A stretch of 46,532 nucleotides of DNA, from the sequence record PZ379549.1. The stretch is one strand, 5' to 3'. The translations under genes and the position numbers were made by a program. Every line of letters starts with the position of its first letter. The first letter of the stretch is position 1. A model generated the notes under the pieces. That model saw only the letters and a program-made list of their open reading frames with translations. It was not told the origin of the DNA and made no database searches. Source of the stretch: a phage. Positions 25,591 to 35,591 of this stretch are shown here, piece by piece.

Positions 25591-26007
25591 CTTATCATCT
25601 CTGCGAATGCCGCAAGAAAACCCTCTCTTCCATAAGCCACCGCTGCGAAACCGCCTGATTCCCTTACGCTTTTTAGGAATGACTTTTGCTCATTGCTAAC
25701 TGGGCTTGCTTGCGTTTTACCAGCCCTCTTTAACTCTATGGCGCCAAATGGATAACCGCCACGCAATGACTCAGGTATCAGAAATAAGCAGTCTGACACA
25801 CCTTTGAGAAGCCCCTTGGCTTGGTCTTTTCTTGCTTGACCAATGCTCTTTTTATTGATTCGTTAACTCGTGTGCCAGTAAACAATCTGCGGATAGTTGA
25901 TATTTCACCCAATCAGAGCAGAAGATTTGTTCATCGTCTTCCTTTGGGCATGACTTCACCGGTCCGCCATAGAACTCGAGGTAATCACCTTTGTCTGTGA
26001 TTTTCAT
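25584..26007 (-). pseudogene. VRR-NUC-type nuclease gene with about 3 frame changes
   Basis: ATG 26007 with GGAGG RBS gives EDDEQIFCSDWVKYQ; continuation YPQIVYWHT, NESIKRALVKQEKTKPRGFSK and GVSDCLFLIPESLRGGYPFGAIELKRAG...NEQKSFL lie in three other frames within about 150 nt. Confidence 0.45.
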
Positions 26008-26008
26008 A

Positions 26009-26263
26009 TCAATCCTCCATCGTAAATGATTTGTTGGCGATAATATCTTGCGACTTCTGATTCTTGCGGTGCGTAATCCTTAGCGGCGCACGGAAAAGAT
26101 GTGCATTTGTCATAATCATTTTAGCATTACGCAATCTGCCAATCCTAAAAGCCTCAGTCCTGTTCTCGATGTGAGTTGAGCAAAACGCCTTCCATTTGAC
26201 AGAACAAACACGATGGTCTGACTCCGGGAAGAATGTTTCATAAGCTCGGAATCTTGTCACCAC
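26009..26263 (-). CDS. hypothetical ORF (possible frame-shifted helicase tail or separate small gene)
   Basis: 84-aa ORF overlapping helicase 3' end. Confidence 0.25.
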   Translation of the reverse strand: MVTRFRAYETFFPESDHRVCSVKWKAFCSTHIENRTEAFRIGRLRNAKMIMTNAHLFRAPLRITHRKNQKSQDIIANKSFTMED

Positions 26264-28006
26264 TGTGAGCCATTACCTCATATGAAGCAACGATCCCTGA
26301 CTGGTTCTTTGTTAACCCAATCTTGAAGTCATAAACTCGCAACCAGTCCCCCTTACGATACATTTTTCCTGATAACTTAGCATTCGGGTCTATGAGCATC
26401 TCACCACAGCATCTGCAATTCTTAGCTGCAATATCATTCTTCTCACCGCATCCTTTCTTAATGATAGCTTTGGTCTGTGGGTCCGCTATATCTTCACACA
26501 GTCTAAACTGAAAGAAGTGCTCACAGCGCTTCCAGTCAATTACGTTATTGCAGCGCCTGGCTAATTGAGAGTTCACATAAGAGCATGCCGGACAGATTCT
26601 TGGCTTATCACCACGCTTTCTTGCTGACCTAAATTTCTGGTCTTGTACCTCTTCTATAATTGGGTCGAAGTAAAGTTCAGCCATATCATCAAGCGTTCCA
26701 GCAAAATCAAGAACAACATGGTCATCTTTTACCATTCCAGCTTCTTTGTGCTTCTTCTTAAGGATACGCATACCACGACCAAGCAACTGAATGAGTAGAG
26801 TAATGCTACCAACCTTCCTCAGGATAATGCTTGTATCCCACGGGGGGCAGTTTACGCCAGTTGTGAGGCAACCAATCTGAAATATGAACTTATATTCTCC
26901 GTTGGCTGCCTTCTCAAGTATCTCTCTACGCTTCTTCTCACCAGTGGAGTTGGTAACTATCGCCCAAGTAACACCTTCTAGGAAGTGCGGCTGCCGCCTC
27001 CATCGCAATGCTGTTTGCCAGCGCAAGTTACCAATGCAGCATTCCTTGTTTCCATAAACTTAGCAGCAAATCCCATTATCTTTTGTGTCATCGTTTGGTT
27101 TTCGTGAATCTTTGCAGCCATCGCATCCATTTCTTTCTTGCTGAAGTCCTTAACCCCATCACTTCCATCAGGAGTGAACTCACTAAGGTCGTAGCCCAAA
27201 TCACCAACTTCACCGTAGACAGTAGGAACAACGAACCCCAAGTCAACAAGGTAGCTGGTTGGCACTTGCATTACAGTTTTGCGCCAGAATCCACGGACAT
27301 TTGGGTTACTAACTACAATGTGGTCGTTGTTACGGTACGGGCTGCCAGTCAAACCGAAGATGCGTAGTTCGCGACCATACTTCTCTTTGCAGCGTCTCTT
27401 CATCTCAGTAATGATTAGCGTGTACTGCGCACGACCAGTTCCGAGCAATCCGGTATTCACTCCATCCTTGAAAACCATCTCACCCTTCTTCGTGCTCATC
27501 TGCTCGAATGTTTCCTCGTTCTCTTCAGCTTCTACGATATCCATATGGTCAACCATATGACATTCATCTATCGCAATAACGGCAGGAACATAGTCACCAA
27601 GGCCCTTAAACAAGCCGTTAGCAGCCGTGCCCTCACTAGCCACTATGGTTGGGTAGTAAACTGATTTAACGTTAAGGCCAGCGCAATAGACGCTATTACG
27701 GATGCCGAAGTTACGAAGCTCTTCAGCGTTCTGGCTGATAATTTCTGACTGGCGAGAAAGCACCATGTAAGGAAGCCCAAGCTGTTCCATGCGCTTTCCA
27801 ATCATGGCAAGAATAATTGTCTTACCAGCAGATACAGACAGGTCTGCGATGAATGGGGCCTCGTACTTTCCAATAGCCTTCCCAATTGCATCAAATGTCA
27901 CACACTGGAATGGGTAAGGAGTGATTTCTCCAAACTGGTAATCTCTCTGAATCTGCTTAATCTTCTCTTGATCGAAGTTGGCTACTAAGCGCTCTACTGG
28001 AAGCAT
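26238..28006 (-). CDS. SF2 DEAH-box helicase with C-terminal Cys-rich region, one frame change near 26978-27026
   Basis: N-part ORF 26978-28006 has Walker A SAGKT and DECH; C-part ORF 26238-27026 has motif VI QLLGRGMR; the two overlap in different frames. Confidence 0.65.
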
Positions 28007-28090
28007 TTTAAATATCCCGACATTTTGTTAGTTCGTTGCATTGCTGTATAATAACAACTATCGACCCTATTGTTTAACAAAAAATGCTAT
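28007..28090 (-). promoter_or_regulatory. box-(-10)-leader unit upstream of helicase
   Basis: Variant box 28073-28090, TATTAT, CAGCAATGCAACGAACTAAC. Confidence 0.35.
28024..28051 (+). promoter_or_regulatory. sigma70-like promoter for HTH gene
   Basis: TTGTTA (28024-28029), 16-nt spacer, TATAAT (28046-28051). Confidence 0.35.
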
Positions 28091-28102
28091 TGAGGTAATG
28101 AG

Positions 28103-28492
28103 ATGTGTGAAATTGACAAGCGAACTATCAACGGCAATAACGGAACCATCCGCACGCAAGACAAGAAACAGCGCAAACGACCGTCAGGCTACTACGTATT
28201 GAAAGATGAAGTAAAGGCTGGGCTAAGAGCTCGTCTGGAGATGGTTCTTGACTTCTACGGCACGAAGGCCAATATCGCCAAGCAGTTAAATGTATCTCAC
28301 CAGACTGTAGAACAATGGTTTGATCGCGGTATGATTTCGGCTCGAGGCGCCCAGCGAGCACATAATGCGTACAAGAGAAATAAGGGAGGGTTCCGAGCTA
28401 CTTTCTGCCGACCAGACCTGCAATTTGACGGTAACGGTAAGCCTCTGACGCTTACGATGCAAGAAGCGCCACATGCTACGCGTGGTTACTGA
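28103..28492 (+). CDS. HTH DNA-binding protein (candidate regulator)
   Basis: HTH-like GTKANIAKQLNVSHQTVEQWF; first gene of rightward unit; a +1 frame continues 36 codons past the stop. Confidence 0.45.
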   Translation: MCEIDKRTINGNNGTIRTQDKKQRKRPSGYYVLKDEVKAGLRARLEMVLDFYGTKANIAKQLNVSHQTVEQWFDRGMISARGAQRAHNAYKRNKGGFRATFCRPDLQFDGNGKPLTLTMQEAPHATRGY

Positions 28493-28585
28493 GGCTGAAC
28501 TAGCAACTAAAGCCACCTTGTCGACTCGTGGCGCAAGAATAAGATTGCCAACGAAGCCGCACGAAAAGCTAAAGAGTAAATAATT

Positions 28586-28618
28586 GGATGTGCCATAATC
28601 GGTACATCCTTTTTTATT
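28586..28618 (+). terminator. putative terminator before HNH-AP2 gene
   Basis: GGATGT...ACATCC stem with 12-nt loop followed by TTTTTTATT. Confidence 0.4.
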
Positions 28619-28630
28619 GGAGAGAAGAAA

Positions 28631-29110
28631 ATGAACTGGCATGATTATTTTTACTATGTAGATGGCAAATTGCATTGGAAGATTAGCACTGCAAGACGTG
28701 TTAAGGTTGGCGATGAGTGCAACTCACTATCTACATCTGGCTATTACAAAGTGTCTGTTAATGGCTTTAGGACTTATGTACATAGAGTTGTGTGGGAGAT
28801 GTTTAATGGAGAACTTCAAAATGGCGACTACATTGATCATATAAACCATAACAAATTAGATAACAGAATAGAAAACCTAAGAGTAACAACAAATCAAGGT
28901 AACTCAAGAAATTGCAAGCTTAGCGTTTTATCAACAACTGGTTATTGTGGAGTGGCAAAGCTAAATCACGGAAAATTTAAGGCTCACATCAAGGTTGACG
29001 GCAAGCAGCTACACCTTGGGAACTTCGATACTCCAGAGCGGGCGTATAAAGTAAGAATTGAAGCAGAGGGAAAATACAACTTTCACGAAAATCACGGGTT
29101 AAGCAAATGA
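28631..29110 (+). CDS. HNH homing endonuclease with AP2-like domain (paralog of 100-585)
   Basis: Same architecture: DHINHNKLDNRIENLRVTTNQGN then GVAKLNHGKFKAHIKVDGKQLHLGNF. Confidence 0.7.
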   Translation: MNWHDYFYYVDGKLHWKISTARRVKVGDECNSLSTSGYYKVSVNGFRTYVHRVVWEMFNGELQNGDYIDHINHNKLDNRIENLRVTTNQGNSRNCKLSVLSTTGYCGVAKLNHGKFKAHIKVDGKQLHLGNFDTPERAYKVRIEAEGKYNFHENHGLSK

Positions 29111-30030
29111 ATTACGATAAGAATGAAGTTATACCTAAGATGGCCGGATTGTGGAAATCATTTTATGCAAAGGAACTTGGTTGGAATGATAGACACCTAA
29201 GTAAGAAGCACGGACCATGCCCATACTGCTTTGGCACTGACAGATTCAGATTTACCGACGAAATAGGCAGTGAAAAAGGAAATGGCGCGGCAGTTTGTTC
29301 GAAATGCGGAAGTGACTCCGGTATAGGATGGGTCATGAAGTGCACTGGATTGTCCTTCGCTGATTCAGTAAATTTGCTTGGTGACTGGCTGAACTTAATA
29401 CCAATTGAGGTTATAGTTAAAGCAAACAAGCAAGCATCAAGAACGCAGCGTTATAAAATTTGCGCTCAAGTAGACCACAAGAAAGTTCTTGAGGTCATGG
29501 AGAGGACTCAGCGAGTTGAATCTAGTCCACTCACGACATACGAGGGTATTTATGACGAGTTTGGTTTTGATGTTGGTATAGCTAAAAATTGTTCAATGAT
29601 TCACGCAATCCCTTGTTCGATGGTTTATGAAGATGGGCTTAGTGATGAGTTCTGTAACGTAATGTTTATTGATGAGGATTCAAATGTTAAGTTCCTTGCT
29701 GGTGATTACACTCGTGATTCTGTTTCCGTTATTGGTTCTAAGCTGGATGATAGTTATACTTATGTTGTTGACAATTATATTGATGGCATACGTGTTCACC
29801 TTGCTACTGGTGGGCGCGAAGTGTTTGTTGCTTTCTCCTGTTACAATATGGAGATGGTTATCCACCGCGACAAGTCAAGGAAGTTCAGAATTGCTTGCCG
29901 TGATTCTGATAGCGATATACTCGCTGTTGCTGACGATAGGGGTGTTGATGTTGTAGTTCCTAATGACGGTGAGTCATTTAAAACAGGCATACGAAAGAAA
30001 GTGTACAAAGCAAACGACTTGCTAAACTAA
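29107..30030 (+). CDS. DNA primase (zinc-finger plus TOPRIM-like)
   Basis: CPYCFG...CSKCGSDSG zinc-binding motif, acidic TOPRIM-like C-terminal half. Confidence 0.65.
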   Translation: MNYDKNEVIPKMAGLWKSFYAKELGWNDRHLSKKHGPCPYCFGTDRFRFTDEIGSEKGNGAAVCSKCGSDSGIGWVMKCTGLSFADSVNLLGDWLNLIPIEVIVKANKQASRTQRYKICAQVDHKKVLEVMERTQRVESSPLTTYEGIYDEFGFDVGIAKNCSMIHAIPCSMVYEDGLSDEFCNVMFIDEDSNVKFLAGDYTRDSVSVIGSKLDDSYTYVVDNYIDGIRVHLATGGREVFVAFSCYNMEMVIHRDKSRKFRIACRDSDSDILAVADDRGVDVVVPNDGESFKTGIRKKVYKANDLLN

Positions 30031-30051
30031 CCTCCTTCGGGAGGTTTTTTA
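30030..30051 (+). terminator. rho-independent terminator after primase
   Basis: ACCTCC-ttcg-GGAGGT followed by TTTTTT. Confidence 0.8.
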
Positions 30052-30115
30052 TTGCCTGAAAGATGGTAGAATGAATTTTGGCAATTAGTGCTACTTTACA
30101 AATGGAGACTTTACA

Positions 30116-32647
30116 ATGGCAATTTATGACTTAGGAACAGCATCACTAGCCTCAAATGGCGAGGTTACTGGCGTAGGTACTACATGGAAAGCACCTCTTA
30201 CACTGATTCGTGTAGGTGCTACTATCATTTTCAAAACCAGCCCTCTGAAAATTTACACCATCTCTGAAATCATCAGCGATACTCAGGTTAATGTTTATAA
30301 TCCAAGTTCTGAAACTGTTCCCGCTGGTACTGGTTACGCAATTCTTGCTCATGATGGAATTACTGTTCAGGGGTTGGCGCAGGATGTTGCGGAAACATTG
30401 CGTTACTACCAGTCAAAAGAGACTTCTATTGAAAGTCTACTGCAATTTATCGGGCAAGATACTTTCGATTGGCCTCGCTTCGAGCAGCTTGCAACCCAAT
30501 CAACCACTGGGGCTGCTGAGGCGCTAGCTAGTCAGATCGCTGCCGCTGAAAGTGCGAGTGCAGCCGCCTCAGCAAGAGACGCTACGACAGAGGCACGCGA
30601 TGCTACTATTAGCGCAATTAATAATGCTGGTGACGCCGGAACATTAGCAACGCTTGCATCTTACAATATAGCAAACTCAGTAGCAATTAGAGCTACCTCA
30701 TTTGATTGGCAAACTTACGCATTTAAAAACGGCTCAAAAGTTTTAGTGTCAAAGTCAGCAATGGTAAACACTCCTTCTAGTGTAAATGACCTTATATCAA
30801 GTGCCGGTGCTAGTCTTGATTATGTAATTGAGTGCAAGATTGTTACAGCAGGAACTGGAGAGTTGCTTTTATCATCAGCAACAACATCAAATGCAAACTA
30901 CTATAACTTATCTATTAGATACTCAGTGTCAAACTCAGTAAGAACGTTTTATACAAGGGAGATTTTATCAATTCCATCAGGAGGTATAAGTGGAGGAGCA
31001 AGCTCATCAAGGGTTAGGGATTTGATTGATGTTTATTCAAAATCCGAGACGTTTCAAAAATCATTGAATCTTTCAGACATTGCAGATAAGTCCGTGGCAA
31101 GAACCAACCTTGATGTTTACTCAAAGGGTGAGGTGTCATCAATTTTAAATACAGATTCAAAAAGCACATCAAGCTATAGCGGCTCAATATCTTCAGCAAT
31201 AAAAGCCGCTGGCGATGGCGGGTCGGTAGTTATAAGTCCGGGAACTTATGAGAGTAATAACTACTCCTTTGCTGGCAGGAACATATCAGGCTCTGGATAT
31301 AATACCGTAATAAGTGTTAAACCTTTTGAAACCGGACTCACCTCAACGCTATCGGTTCCTCACTGGAGGCAAAAGCATTTATCGGATTTGCAGTTTACAG
31401 GTACTGCAATACAAGGTAATAACGGCTTTCAATTCCCGAATGACCCTTATGCTGGCAGGATTGTGATGGATAGGCTGTACTTCAGCGACATTGATGTTGG
31501 TATACGTAAAAACGCTGGCAACATTGGAAATACCTACAGAAACGTAAGTGTTAGAAATGCGAATTACGGGTATAGAGCAAAAGCTCATGACAAAATGCAT
31601 ATAGGAGCGGACACTTTATACGGATACCACTCAGATACAATCTCTCAATATTCAGTAATGCTAGATGCGACAAGCACAAGTAGCGCAACGAACCCTGGTG
31701 CTGGAGGAATTGGTGGGTGGTGGATTAGGGATTCAATAATGGAGGCCTCTGCTGGCGGCGGTATAAGGTTAAAGAATAAACCTGGAGATTGCCCAACATC
31801 ACCTTGCGGATTGTCTAACGTATGGTTTGAAGCGATAGCAACTGGTGGGGCAATTAACGTAGGTGAGGGAGCTGAACTCCCAAGGGTTTTGAAGCTCATC
31901 GATACGTCCGTTTTCTTTGCTGAGCATTCTTATATTAATAACATTGAGTTATCAAATTCAAACCTTGTAACTTATGGGTGCAGGTTTGATAACGCTGATG
32001 GGCACCAAAGTTTCTCTCTTGATTCGAACAGTATTATTTTTGCTAAGGATGCATACCTGAATGGATCTTCAACATCAAACGTTATAGTTGAGTCGCTGGT
32101 ATCACAGACAGCCAAGATAACTGGCACTTCAAACCTATCTGTTAGAGGATATGTTACTAAGGGTCGAGTTTTTAATCCCGATTCCGGAACTGTTTTAGTC
32201 AGGAGGCCTTTTGGTACTGGTGGGAACAACTTTGGTGGAACAGGGTCGGCAAGTGAAGGTTCTGATACAAGGGGTATACACTCGCAATCATCTGGATACT
32301 ACGAATTGGCTGGTGCGGCTCAGTACGAATTGATAAATGGTGGCTTTAATATAACTTCCGGCAAATGGTATGCTTGGGGTATTTCTGCAAACAGGATTCA
32401 AGGCGGTGCTGATGGTATTATAAACATTTTTGGTAGCGCATCATTAGGAACTGTATTCACAGAAGCTGGTAAGTGGGTTCATACATTTGGCGTTGGTAAG
32501 GCTTCGGTTTCTGGCGTTGCAAACCTTAACATTAACCTCAATGGATTAACTGGTATGGTATTAAGCCTTGCTGATTATTTTGTTGTAAAATTTGATAATC
32601 AAAGGGACGCCTTGATATTTGCAAACTCAAGAGTTTCTCTTGCATAA
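30116..32647 (+). CDS. tail fiber / tailspike with probable beta-helix (depolymerase-like) domain
   Basis: 843-aa ORF, Ser/Thr/Gly/Asn-rich; central region resembles right-handed beta-helix carbohydrate-active domains. Confidence 0.6.
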   Translation: MAIYDLGTASLASNGEVTGVGTTWKAPLTLIRVGATIIFKTSPLKIYTISEIISDTQVNVYNPSSETVPAGTGYAILAHDGITVQGLAQDVAETLRYYQSKETSIESLLQFIGQDTFDWPRFEQLATQSTTGAAEALASQIAAAESASAAASARDATTEARDATISAINNAGDAGTLATLASYNIANSVAIRATSFDWQTYAFKNGSKVLVSKSAMVNTPSSVNDLISSAGASLDYVIECKIVTAGTGELLLSSATTSNANYYNLSIRYSVSNSVRTFYTREILSIPSGGISGGASSSRVRDLIDVYSKSETFQKSLNLSDIADKSVARTNLDVYSKGEVSSILNTDSKSTSSYSGSISSAIKAAGDGGSVVISPGTYESNNYSFAGRNISGSGYNTVISVKPFETGLTSTLSVPHWRQKHLSDLQFTGTAIQGNNGFQFPNDPYAGRIVMDRLYFSDIDVGIRKNAGNIGNTYRNVSVRNANYGYRAKAHDKMHIGADTLYGYHSDTISQYSVMLDATSTSSATNPGAGGIGGWWIRDSIMEASAGGGIRLKNKPGDCPTSPCGLSNVWFEAIATGGAINVGEGAELPRVLKLIDTSVFFAEHSYINNIELSNSNLVTYGCRFDNADGHQSFSLDSNSIIFAKDAYLNGSSTSNVIVESLVSQTAKITGTSNLSVRGYVTKGRVFNPDSGTVLVRRPFGTGGNNFGGTGSASEGSDTRGIHSQSSGYYELAGAAQYELINGGFNITSGKWYAWGISANRIQGGADGIINIFGSASLGTVFTEAGKWVHTFGVGKASVSGVANLNINLNGLTGMVLSLADYFVVKFDNQRDALIFANSRVSLA

Positions 32648-32677
32648 AAAAAAGCCCCGAAAGGGGCTTTATCTTTT
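32646..32677. terminator. bidirectional rho-independent terminator
   Basis: A8-AGCCCC-gaaa-GGGGCT-TTATCTTTT between convergent tail fiber and SSB genes. Confidence 0.8.
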
Positions 32678-32678
32678 A

Positions 32679-33116
32679 TCAGAATGGAATATCTCCGTCG
32701 AATGTGTTTTGCTGTTGTTGTTGTTGTTGTTGCTGTTGATGTTGCGGTTGATGGCGCTGTTGTTGCTCTGTATTTTTATGTTGCTGTGCACCCTCACCAC
32801 GCTGACTAAACTCAAGACGAGGATTGTTCATGTTAATTGTTATGTAAGTCTTGCCATCTTTATCTCGAACATCTAATGCTAACGTCTCACAACTTACGCT
32901 AACAATCTTCCCTTCCTGAAACGCTTCGTTATACCATGTAAGCATTGATTCCTTTGCGAAGAAGACGGCACGATAGTTGCTATACTGAGATTGACCATCT
33001 TTATCCTTGTAACGCTCACTTAAATCAACCGCGTACATCTTCCAACTGCCATTTGCATTCTGACCTTCTTTAGTGAACGGAGCGCGACGGATAACACCAG
33101 TGATTACATGACTCAT
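32679..33116 (-). CDS. ssb: single-stranded DNA-binding protein
   Basis: OB-fold-like N-terminus, Gln-rich linker, canonical acidic C-terminal tail ending DGDIPF. Confidence 0.8.
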   Translation of the reverse strand: MSHVITGVIRRAPFTKEGQNANGSWKMYAVDLSERYKDKDGQSQYSNYRAVFFAKESMLTWYNEAFQEGKIVSVSCETLALDVRDKDGKTYITINMNNPRLEFSQRGEGAQQHKNTEQQQRHQPQHQQQQQQQQQQNTFDGDIPF

Positions 33117-33156
33117 TTTCTTTCTCTCTTAATGTTGGGGCCGCAGCCCCGTTAAA

Positions 33157-33807
33157 TTAGAATGTGTCGATTTCTTGAGATTGTACTTCAACTTTTTCTT
33201 CTTGAACAGACTTTTGTGCAACCTGTTTAGGTTTTGCAGGATTGAAGCCGTTAGTTGCATTAGCCTGAATTTCTGCCTTACGCTCAATGATGTGAGGTTC
33301 AATCACCAGCCAACCAGCTGAATCAAGAGACTGCTTGGCTTCTTTGTATACATCACGCAGGTCATCAAGAGTGTTGCACTTAGCTAAATCTTTCTTAAAT
33401 GAGTTGATACCCTTAACTGCAAGCTGACCATCATCATCTGCCTGGCTCAATCCTAATGCCGCTGTAATTGCATAACGGCGAGCATATGTAAGTGATGAGC
33501 CGTAACCTTGAGCATCTTGCTTGCTGATTGGGACGATTGTCAGGAAGCTGACCCACTCTCCAGATTCTGCATGATAGACAGTTGTTTCAACCTTAATTCT
33601 AGTTGTGGCTTCATCATCAATCATGCCTTGAAACATGACCAGGCCGCTATCTGCAAGGCCAGGCTCTACAGCCGCCAGTACGTCTTCCAGGGTGGCGTAC
33701 CTGTTCTTTAGGTGCGAGTTCTGCTTTGACTTTTCAGCCTTTGCAAACTTTGATTTGGCCTCAAATAAAGCCTTCAATACTTGCTTGTTTTGATCTGAAG
33801 TTTTCAT
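33157..33807 (-). CDS. Erf-family single-strand annealing protein
   Basis: Erf-like core ...QGYGSSLTYARRYAITAALGLSQADDD... Confidence 0.65.
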   Translation of the reverse strand: MKTSDQNKQVLKALFEAKSKFAKAEKSKQNSHLKNRYATLEDVLAAVEPGLADSGLVMFQGMIDDEATTRIKVETTVYHAESGEWVSFLTIVPISKQDAQGYGSSLTYARRYAITAALGLSQADDDGQLAVKGINSFKKDLAKCNTLDDLRDVYKEAKQSLDSAGWLVIEPHIIERKAEIQANATNGFNPAKPKQVAQKSVQEEKVEVQSQEIDTF

Positions 33808-33884
33808 TAACTATCTCTCTTTCGTTTAAGTGGGGCAATCATACCTCACCTTTTGATTTTGTCTTTAGCAATTAGTGCTATTTT
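33808..33884 (-). promoter_or_regulatory. box-(-10)-leader unit upstream of erf
   Basis: Box 33863-33884 containing exonuclease stop TAG, TATGAT, CACTTAAACGAAAGAGAGA. Confidence 0.4.
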
Positions 33885-34849
33885 AGAAGTTCTTGATACT
33901 GCTTACTTACCCACTCAGGAATCATCAAATCTTGCTCTGTAATCCCATTGCTATACCCAGGCCATACATCAAGCTCCTTGCACTGTTTGTATGTTGCTAG
34001 TGCCTCACAATATTGTAAACGACCAATGCGAAGCTGTTCATCTGTAAGCGTGTAGCTCATTGGTAAGTAAGGCTCCGTTTTTTCCTGCGCCAGAAGTCGA
34101 ACCACAACCTTACGCTTCTCGTTAAATGCCTTCACGAACAAGTCACGCTGAAGGCTCATTTTGCACAGGTATCCATGGTCATAAGCTGACTTGCCAAATC
34201 CTCTCGGGCTTGCGTCCGCCGTCGTCTTGTAGTCAGTAATGAAAACCACGCCATCAACAACATCCACGTGATCAAGCCTAACCTTAACACCACACCCAAG
34301 AATCTCACCAAAGATTGATAGCTCTTTCTGTGCTGTTGGTGAGTTAATAATCGCATCGTAAGCTGGGATATTAGTAAGAACCTCGCGCATTGAGATTACC
34401 TTATCGTAATCTTTCGCAGTAACGAGCTCTTTGCCACTAATTAACGCCTCAGCGCTCTCCTGCTGCTCAATTAACCATTTAACAGGCCAATCCTCACCAG
34501 ATTTATACATCATCTCCACGAGCTCGCTATATCCCTTCCCTGACGTGCCTGAAACTCCAACTTTTTTAAGCGCTGCGGATAAAGCCGTTTGGCTAGTAAT
34601 CAATCCTTCCACTTCGTCAAAGTCAGTAGCTCGCATGTATGTTGAGTCAAATACCTCGCGCTCTAGCATCATGCAGTGACTTAGTGTGCCAAATTTAAGT
34701 GCTGCGCTAGAGTTATTGCGCTGCTTAAACTTCCATTTAGCTGGTGAGGTAGCAAGAATCTCAGCCAGTGAAGAGCCAGAGATATGGTCTTGCTCTTCGT
34801 GATAGGATTCATTTGTTAGCTCGTCGTTCGTATAAACTTTAAATGTCAT
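33878..34849 (-). CDS. PD-(D/E)XK-type recombination exonuclease
   Basis: 323-aa ORF upstream of erf with D...ITDYKT nuclease-like motif. Confidence 0.5.
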   Translation of the reverse strand: MTFKVYTNDELTNESYHEEQDHISGSSLAEILATSPAKWKFKQRNNSSAALKFGTLSHCMMLEREVFDSTYMRATDFDEVEGLITSQTALSAALKKVGVSGTSGKGYSELVEMMYKSGEDWPVKWLIEQQESAEALISGKELVTAKDYDKVISMREVLTNIPAYDAIINSPTAQKELSIFGEILGCGVKVRLDHVDVVDGVVFITDYKTTADASPRGFGKSAYDHGYLCKMSLQRDLFVKAFNEKRKVVVRLLAQEKTEPYLPMSYTLTDEQLRIGRLQYCEALATYKQCKELDVWPGYSNGITEQDLMIPEWVSKQYQELLK

Positions 34850-34852
34850 GGT

Positions 34853-35047
34853 TCAATCCTTAATTTTAACAATCTTAACTGTTTTCAAATCTTCCTCAGT
34901 GAAGTACCCGGTCAGCAACTCCTTGGCCTCTTCCTTTGTCTCGAATTGGTCGGCTTCAGATTTGTTGGTAGTGTATCCAGCTGGGCCACCAAAGTAGCAG
35001 TCTCCGAACAGTGGGTTGTTTTTCTCTTTGATAATGTAGTAGGTCAT
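34853..35047 (-). CDS. hypothetical protein
   Basis: 64-aa ORF. Confidence 0.4.
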   Translation of the reverse strand: MTYYIIKEKNNPLFGDCYFGGPAGYTTNKSEADQFETKEEAKELLTGYFTEEDLKTVKIVKIKD

Positions 35048-35356
35048 TTCTGTATCTCTCTGTTTGCTTGCTTGCTTGCTTTCGATGGTTTAACTATATA
35101 TTCAGCGCCGCACCCAGTCCAATTGGTTTCGCCAATCGTTGATTTAAGTTTACGCGTGAATTCTTGTAATTCCGTGTGTACATTGGAACTAGTTACGTTT
35201 TTTGGTACCTGAGCCAAGCTATAGCTCAATGTAAATAGTGCGTATATCATGTATATCATTTATTGCTGAGGGTGCATTGGTATAGCTACCGCGCAATACT
35301 GTATAAATCCACATGATATTAAAATTATAACCGAAACACTCCATAAGAGCAGTTAC

Positions 35357-35439
35357 ATGATATACATAGTAATATATATAATAATAATAATAAGAGTAAA
35401 AGGTTGATATATATATATATTTTAATGTAACCAATGCGT
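35357..35439. repeat. AT-rich control module copy B, includes (TAA)n and (TA)n tracts
   Basis: About 85 percent identical to 16408-16495 by eye. Confidence 0.6.
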
Positions 35440-35515
35440 AAATTGGCGTAACATTGCGTATATCATTTTTCGCGGATGAGATTGCATACATCGAGTTACA
35501 TCGGTTACGCGTAAA

Positions 35516-35591
35516 CATAGCACTAATTGCTAAAACTGATCCGCAAAACCGGGTATAGTTAGCAACACAAACAACGAGAGAGAATTTTAAA
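35516..35591 (+). promoter_or_regulatory. box-(-10)-leader unit upstream of methyltransferase
   Basis: Box 35516-35535, TATAGT, CACAAACAACGAGAGAG. Confidence 0.4.
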
